Source: Ylistrum balloti
Lineage: Eukaryota
Assembly (NCBI RefSeq): GCF_031769215.1
Contig: NW_026782437.1
Coordinates: 1,736,001 to 1,800,000 of the forward strand
Direction: 5' to 3'
DNA length: 64,000 nucleotides
Shown here one piece after another: positions 50,701 through 64,000 of this stretch (its first letter is position 1; each line of letters starts with the position of its first letter). Under the pieces are notes generated by a model that did no database searches, was not told where the DNA came from, and saw only the letters and a list, made by a program, of their open reading frames with translations. The position numbers were made by a program, and so were the translations under genes.

Positions 50701-53700
50701 GTCTCTCATCACAATACTGTTCATGTGTTTTAATCTGTGTTTCTGCAGCTCTCTGTTAAACGTAAAAGAAAAAAAAAAAATAAGATGATATGCACGTCCT
50801 CAGTAAGCTACATGGGCAAAGTTACCACAACAACAACATCCACACACTGATGAAGGATTTTCTGATCCAAGTACTTAACATCATTATGTATCATATTAGA
50901 ATTTTTAAATGAATCAAGATAGAAATTTAAATATATTCTGTTAAATGTTTCTGTAGAGCATGTTTCAGTAGCTGGTGTCATGGCCTATAGATTGCTATAA
51001 GTGACAAACCAACATATCTCATTGTTTGATTTTACTGACTTTTTGGAAACATTTTAGAAAATGTGTGTAACACTGGACAAAAACAATGTCACAACTGCTA
51101 AAATTTTACTTAATAAAATAATTACAACAATGACAATTTTACTTGTCAGATCAATTTCAGAATGTTACAAAGTAATGTTCACCTGTCTTTCTGCATGACG
51201 GCTGTGCGTAGAATTTCCATCTCGTTCTGAAGAATTTTGATCTTTTCTTTCATCTCGGCCGCCTTCTGTGTACTTGTCTGTATCAGGTTCACACATTTGT
51301 TCCTCTCATTTTTAATCAACTCATAAAGCTTTGCAAACTCTTTCAATCTAAAAAATTAAAGATGTGATTGAAATCTACCAGAATATTTCTCTATTATCAA
51401 AGTAGGTACCTTCAAAATTTACAGATTAAAATATTTTTTTAAAGAGAATAATTGATTTTTAATTAATTTGTTTTCCATGAAGTGTCTTTAGCTTTCTCTC
51501 TATTAGCTAAATGCCTAACATACTTGGTTTGCATTTCCTGGTGTTTCTTGTGATGGTCCTGTATTTGAAGTTCTTTTGTTTTCAGGTCTTCGATGGCTTT
51601 GTGAAATCTCATTTCTGCTCTCATGAAATCTCTGGCTTTTTGCTCTCTCTCATCAGCCTGAAAATACAATCACATTTTTTAAAATTCAATCTAATGTATG
51701 CATTTAGTTACAATATATAGGGTAATCTCATCCAACACAGAATATTCCTCAAGTAATTAAAACAATTTCAATACCAAATAAGATAATGTAAACGGACTCA
51801 TAGTACACAACTTTACCTTTGCTCATTAGACAAGCAAAACAAGCTGAGCCAAACTTAAGAACAACTTTTTTTCCATAATTAAAGAGAATCTATAGGAAGG
51901 GAGACAACACACTACATAGAAGTGACTAGTAAAACGAAGGCCAAAGGGTTTGTGTGGCACAGAGTTCTTCGACTTTAAATGAATGCACCTTTACTGGATG
52001 TTTGAAATGTTACACATGTTAAGCTCGAATTTTTAAAATATGAAATATGTTCCATTTTAACCTTTTATGATAATCATAACTTTCCGGAAATATATGCATG
52101 CACTGACTCTGTTTCATGTATGAATTCTGGAAACTACTGGATCTGCTGGTCCAACAGTTTCAACTGCTTATATGAAAGTGATCTAAGTATAAGAAGGGGA
52201 GACAACAAACTAAAGAAAAACGACAAGGAGGACTAGGTTATGGATTCTGTGGGTACCTTAATGGCAGCGAGTCGAGTAAGTTCCACCACCTCTATCCTCA
52301 GATCACTTTGGTCATACAACAAGTTCTGTTCTTCAGCTGCACTAGCTTCCAGCTTCACATGTTCCACTGCTGTCAGATTATTCTGCAAACATCAAAACAT
52401 AGATATAGTGAAGAATTACCACATGACAAAGTTTGCTTTTCAGTTTTATTACAGATGTCTTCAAGGTGACAAACTTCCTTCCTTTTTTTTACTGAAGAAT
52501 TATTCTAACTTCTCATTTTATCCCCAAGTGGTTTTAAATGAAAACAACTTTGTTTTTTCTCCAATAATTTTCTTAATCAGACAAGGCACCAGCTGGCAAT
52601 CTATGCAACTATTCGTAACCTGCAGGCATTTTACAAATGTATTTGTTAATTGGGAACCAGCATGTAATGTTTTTAGTGATTTAAATACCTGTTGGTAAAT
52701 GCTAAGTAAATCATGTACCAGATGGTAATTACTTTAAACTCTCACTTTTAACCAGAATGTTATTTTAAAGCTCACCAAAAGCCCTTGATAATCACTTTAC
52801 TGGTGTAGTATATAAATGATAACAAAAACACTATGATATTTGAGAACATGCAGACAAGCTTAATACCTGTTGAGCCAGCGATCGTTTGGTGTGCTCCACC
52901 TCCTTGGCTAGCTCCTCCCTTTTCTTCTGCAGAGTACCATCATCTTTTGGCAGGGAATCAATCTAGGTACAGACAAACAGGACTTACAGATAGATATTTC
53001 ACTTGTAAATTTACTGTTTCACCCGAAAATCATTCAAAGTGAAGAATTCCAAAACCACTCATAACAGAGAAACAGAGATAAAATAAAATGTAACCAAAAT
53101 ATAATTGACAGGGCTGATACAATATGTATCTTTGTAAAGAATTTAATTCATCATGCATGAAAATCTCAGTCATTGAATTAAATGTTTGAATTACGTTAAA
53201 GATGTCAGCAGGTGTACCAACATTACGTTAAGATAATAGATTCTTCAAGAGTTGCTCTGAGAAAAAAAAAGAAGATAATGATGTACTTACTTGTCCTTTG
53301 ACTTTTTCGTGGACTGACTTGGTATGTGACAGACTTTCTTCAGCGACTCTGAACTGGAGTTCAGCCTTCTTCAAATTCCTCAAATCCCTATCCTTTTCTC
53401 GACTTTTTCTTGAATGAACATCATGTGTGTTTTTCTTTTCCAGGTGTATGTGTCTCAAACTCATGTCAAGTGTTGACCTGCATAGAAAAAACTTGTCTGT
53501 AATCACAAGCAGGCAGCTTGAACAGAATTTAAAAATACAAATAGTTCAACATAATTTTTCTGTTCTATAAATATGAAAACTGCAAATGAGTAGATGCTCA
53601 ACATTAGATTGTCAACTTTCAATTCTATCTAAGACGACTTTGAACTTGTGACCTTGAAAAAAAATTTACCTATCACCCATGAGAACAGCTTCTCTATCCT

Positions 53701-56700
53701 TTGCAAACTCAAAGTCTTTGATAAGCATGTTGTACTCTCTCTCTTTCTGGTCAAGCATGGCCCTGGTTTTAGCAAGGTCCGACTCTGTGTCAAACTTCTC
53801 TGTCTGTAAAACATTCTTCTTGGATTCCATACTTTTTGATTCCTCTAGGATCTCTTGGTATTCGTCCTCTAGTTTTGTCAAGTTCTTTTCCACCTCACTA
53901 CACAACAGACATTTTAAAATTGAAAAAAGATGATAATAACACGAGATAACTTGAATAGATATACCATTAATTTGCATAGAACAAAACAACGCATTTTCTC
54001 TTTAACTGTCAATCAAAACCATCACCTTTAACACCTAACTATTTACAAGTCACTTTTCTGGAAAATTTTGCTGATGAGGTCAATACGATTACAATTTTTT
54101 CTGATATATAAAATAAAAGTCTCTATAACTCACAGTTTTTGTCTATGTAACTTGTCAGCCTCTTTGGCTATCTGGTTTGGAAGTGTGTTGATCTGCACCA
54201 GGTCACCCTGAAATAACAAAAGATAGATTTTTTTTGTCAAGCCTTATAAAACTCATTCAAAATATGACTGTACAAGACATGTATTTTGAGTATTAAGCTT
54301 GGATGTCAACAATCAACTGGTTACTCATGTCCAAACTATACCTTGAGATTTTCCATCTCTGATTTAAGTTGATCATATTCCTTCTGTTCGGCCGCACATT
54401 GCCGATGGGTAGTGTCCATATCCTCACGCAGTGTCTTAGCTTCCATTTGTCGTTGGACAATTTCTTTCTTCATATCCTCACATGCAGCCTGTATTTCCTT
54501 CAGTTTCTTTTCAATTTCCTGAATATTGATTTTATGGTTTGTTAAACTTGTTTGAATAATCATCAGGCTTAGTTGACCTAATTATGGCCCGAAAATTTTT
54601 TTTCAAAATGGTAATGTTTTACCAAAACAAGATCAGGTTTGTTCATAAGGATCACAATCAAAATCAAATTTAAAAAGTTTAATAAATTGCTGTCTTAGGC
54701 AGAATGGGGTCATAACAAGCCATTAATCTCCTCCCCTTCAATTCTTGGACTTCTGCTCCCCCCCCCCCCCCCCAACTTTTACTTTACATTGTAATCTCTT
54801 CCCTCAATTTCTTCCTCCATTATTCTATCCTGAATTAACATCTTTGTATCTCTCCAACACCAATTCATTATTTCTTGTCTCCCTTTATAAACTTCCACAG
54901 AACTTTTCTATGTTTCCTATGTTTACTTGACTAATTGTAGCTGATCTCAGCAGACCGAACTTTGATAGACAACAATTTACAACAATTGTGAAACAAGTTG
55001 TTAGCTCACTGCTGTTGGACCTGATGGAAGTGCACATTAACATGGGGAGATAATCAGCTTGTTTTGTAAAGCAATAATGCACAGTACATCTATAAGGTCA
55101 TGTCAAATCTAAGATGTAGCTACATGAACAGTAACCAAAGAAACAAACCCCTTGCTTTGGCATTCTTGAATATTCCCTCTCCATAATTTTCTTCTCTTCT
55201 GACAACCTGTAAAATTAAGGCATTTTCAGTGAAACAAATATCTAAAGGATGACAAAATTAAAAACAAACCACAAAATTTGCATAGCTTTTGCTGTCAAAT
55301 TACACAACTAAATATATATACTTATATGCGTCTACATTTCTAAATGATTTATGCTTTAATGAGTATTCTTACTAATTCTTGAAATCAGTGATATCTTCCT
55401 TTCAATGCATGACAGGAAATGATGTACATCAATAAAATTGCCATCCTTTAAAAGCGGTTGGAACATTATACCTGTTATTTACATTCTCATGATATTTGAG
55501 ATGGTGACGTTATCATAAACATACGTTTCCAGCTCATACTGCTGTTGGTACTCTCTCTCCTGGATCTGGGCATATTCATTGTTGTGTTTCATTAATTGCT
55601 GTCTCATTTTAGTGACCTCTGTATTGGAACTGTCTGGAAAGTTATCTCCCTTCTCAAGTTCTGACCGCTGTCTTTCCAATTCCAGTGTATGTTCTTTGGC
55701 AGTGTTAAGCAAGGCAGCCTCACTTTCCCTCGTCCTAAATCAAAGTATTTCACAAATTTAAAATTTTATATTTTGTTTTTTTTCCCCTTCTTTTGTTATA
55801 GGAGTCAGACCTAATTTGAATCCCAATTTATATCATTTTGTACGAAAGAATAACTTTCCTGATACCAGTAATTAATGTTCATTGGTTCGTATCTCAAAAC
55901 ATCTTCAGCATATGGACAAATTAATTTTCCCTAAAATTTCAGAAGAGTATATTTTTGTTTTTGTCAGGGAAGATATAATTCTGTCTTAACATGATCACTG
56001 TGCATGATGTAATTTGCACTAACCATCAATTTGTTATATTTACAGTAACATTTTGTCATCTTAAAAGTTTTGTTATGTCATAAATTATTGAATATTAATT
56101 AATCTGAAAATATAGTAATTTTACAAAACTTACCTTTTAAGTGTTTCATGAAGTTCAGTATACTTTGCTTTCAAAAGTGCAACTTTTGTTCCTGTGAGTT
56201 TGCCTTCATGAAAAAGCTACAAAAAAAATGAAGAAGTCAATGTATTTTATGAGCCAAGTTATATAAAATCATTTTACAGTTTTTTGAACATTAACTTTTT
56301 TAAAATTTTTTCGCTTATTGATTTTTCGTTCCTCTGACACACAGTGCTACTGAAAGTCATAACAGCAGGTTGTAATGAAATGAAACTTAAATGAATAAAA
56401 ATATAACTTTAAAGTTTTAAAAAATATATCTACTTACTGATCCGATCATTTTTTAAATTAGTACTTATCAACAGAACCAAATTATTTTATCATACCCGAT
56501 TAAAAACGAATATATAGATAGATATATGTATATGTGTGATTAAATAATGTATTAAGGCAGACTATGTGAAGTGCAAGATAGGAATGGTTATGAGAACACC
56601 TACATTTATTGCTGTACTTGTACATGAGCAAACATTAATGTTTATTTGATAATAAAGAAATTCAGTGAACACCTCACAATTTAATGCAGACAGCATACCA

Positions 56701-58168
56701 TATATGTTTGCACTGTTCCATATCAAACTCTTGACCTATCAAGGCCCCATGCTAAATTTTGGACGTCAGAATTTCAGTTCCATACTGTGATACTTTATAG
56801 TACACAAGGATGTGTCTGATTCAAAATTCTGTAGATGAGAGTTCCATTTATATATTGCACTCTCTGTATGCTTTACTAAATTCTGCACAGTCTAGTCATC
56901 ATACTGATTTCTGTAAATGAACTTCCTGAGTCACATATAACTGAGTTTCCAAAAATAGTTTACACCTCAATTAAAGATGATGAATTATTTAGTAAGGTTT
57001 TACTATCAGGTAAAGTGAAGAGAAACTATCAAACGACAATAATATTTACTTGTGAATGAGATGAATAATAAAAACATTGTTGGCTGTTGTTGTATTCAGT
57101 CTGCTTTATGAAGGAATATGTAGACACAGTATGCAAATCAATAGCTGTAAAAAATGCTTGGTTTGAAGTTGATGGAAAGATAAATAATTCTACTCCTACC
57201 TTGCATTTATGTCAAAGCAATTAAACGTTGTAAACCAAGTATTTCTACTCATATTCCTCCCAACAACTTTACTTTGCAGCATATTTACAATGGCAAACAC
57301 TATGCAGAATCTCTCTAGATATGAGATTGTAATCTACTATTAAGCCAATCTTGCTTTTGTAAACTACATGAAATATTGCCTGAATGACAACCCTTCTTGG
57401 GGTTACTAGAATTTGGCATTTTTATGTATCATGGAATTCTGACTACTATCCACAACCAAGATAAAAAAATTGTTGACAGATATCAGACACCCTTCAGACT
57501 ACTGTCTACCTTGCTCACCCAAATGGACAGATGAATAAGTTTTGGCAAACAGTTCTCAAACTGAGCTATTCACAATCGAAACAGGAATTTTTTGAGGAAA
57601 AAGATTATACATTTGTCTTGTATAAGCGAAAAAATTCCATCTGGGATAATGATAAAAGCTTTTCAAAGAGTAATGAATGCTTGTATTGAATTTCAAAATA
57701 ATAATAATAAAAAAAAGCAAATTGTAAAATAAAAGTGAAGGTGCCATATTAATAAGAGTACATCAAGGATATAAATAAAATTATTGTAAATAAGACAGAC
57801 TGAAGTTTACTAGTGGTTGTATATATATATTTATCATCAATGATTGTTGTAATTTCTTATTACTTTTTTATTTAGCTGCCAAAAGCACAAGTCCAATCTG
57901 AAAATGATCATTTTTTTTTTTAAAACTTTAAGGGGATGTATTTTTGTTACCAGCTAACTCATAATGAAATCAATATAGACTTTCTTAGATTTATCACCTC
58001 ATCAAGACACTGGAAAGCAGGACTGGCTGACACCTCAACCTGACTTTCCTCTTGTTGAACAACCCGTGGAGGCAAGGCAGAGATAACAGTCTCATATTTT
58101 TGGCCTGGACTTTCCTCCTCTTCTTCTTTTTCATCATCCCTTTCATCATCACTACCTCGATCACTCAT
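47753..58168 (-). CDS. CCDC146: Coiled-coil domain-containing protein 146, about 19 coding exons
   Basis: N-terminal exon contains SASPAFQCLDE. Long coiled-coil exons include YELIKNERNKCVNLIQTSTQKAAEMKEKIKILQNEMEILR and REEEVCIFYEKVNI. The last exon reads RPRPNAYIPDDDSELPIPRPYG..PFKPTEAGSTMRHIRKPVPKPIEI*, matching the CCDC146 C-terminus. Confidence 0.93.
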
Positions 58169-58699
58169 CTAACAAAATATAAAGCATTATTTTAGTTTTT
58201 TCTTCAATCTTGAAAAACAATGTTGTGCTTACTATTTGCACATCATCTCATAATGCATATATATTAGTATTTCATACACCATATCCATATAATCTAAAGA
58301 ATTATCTACATAAAAATACACATGATTTGGAAAGTTACTTGCTAGGTTCAAAGGTGGTAAACAAATCATGTTGAAACTTAAATCATTTTAAATAAGATGC
58401 CTATGAAATATATCACTTTATGATAAAACAGTGTTAATAAATGATACTAGTATCTGCTGTGTTTTCTATGAAAAGAAAAGGATGATAAAGGTGCTGAATT
58501 AAATATATACCGTACGCGAGCGGAAAATTAATTACTTCGAAACAAAATAAGCAACTTTCACATTTGTTATCACTAAATGGTACAAATCAAATTAGTTTAA
58601 CCCACATATACAACAACTTAATATAAGAAAACTCACTGCGTGTTGTCTCTGTGTTACTGCGAGGCTTCTTAGATCTCAAATATCCTTCTTGCGTGCAGA

Positions 58700-63839
<5,140 letters not shown>

Positions 63840-64000
63840 GTAAACACTGACAAAATGTAACATAAACATTGACTGGTAGTGATATAGATCTGGTGGGAAA
63901 AAATGTATTTATTCTTCCGACATTACGTTGTATTCCTTGAAAATTTTGTTCTGTCATGTTCTACTTAGTTATGATTAAACAAACTGATAGAGTTTTCATT

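Overview
AT-rich, intron-containing animal genomic DNA. The repeat families (Helentron/HINE, Penelope-like, HERO and Tc1 relics) suggest a bivalve mollusc (inference). Left end: last three coding exons of eIF4E3 (+), then several hairpin-unit minisatellites. Right end: CCDC146 (-, about 19 coding exons) head-to-head with the first four exons of RUVBL1 (+). Between them, a repeat-rich ~45 kb block holds three intron-poor genes: a single-exon LRAT/NC - glycine-zipper - LRAT/NC protein, a two-exon divergent Ro60 (TROVE+vWA) homolog with clustered kappaB/IRF/CRE-like promoter motifs, and an atypical PAN + C-type lectin gene. The best candidate for a novel system is this possibly immune-inducible Ro60/tandem-LRAT pair, which is inference only. 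Other oddities: an eIF4E3 intron built from tandem copies of its own splice acceptor, a degenerate minimal hammerhead ribozyme, a solo LTR with a 5-bp TSD, a CACTA-ended MITE, and a 30-bp array open in several frames. Two assembly gaps (17186-17323, 21981-22167). All family assignments are from motif recognition; no searches were run.
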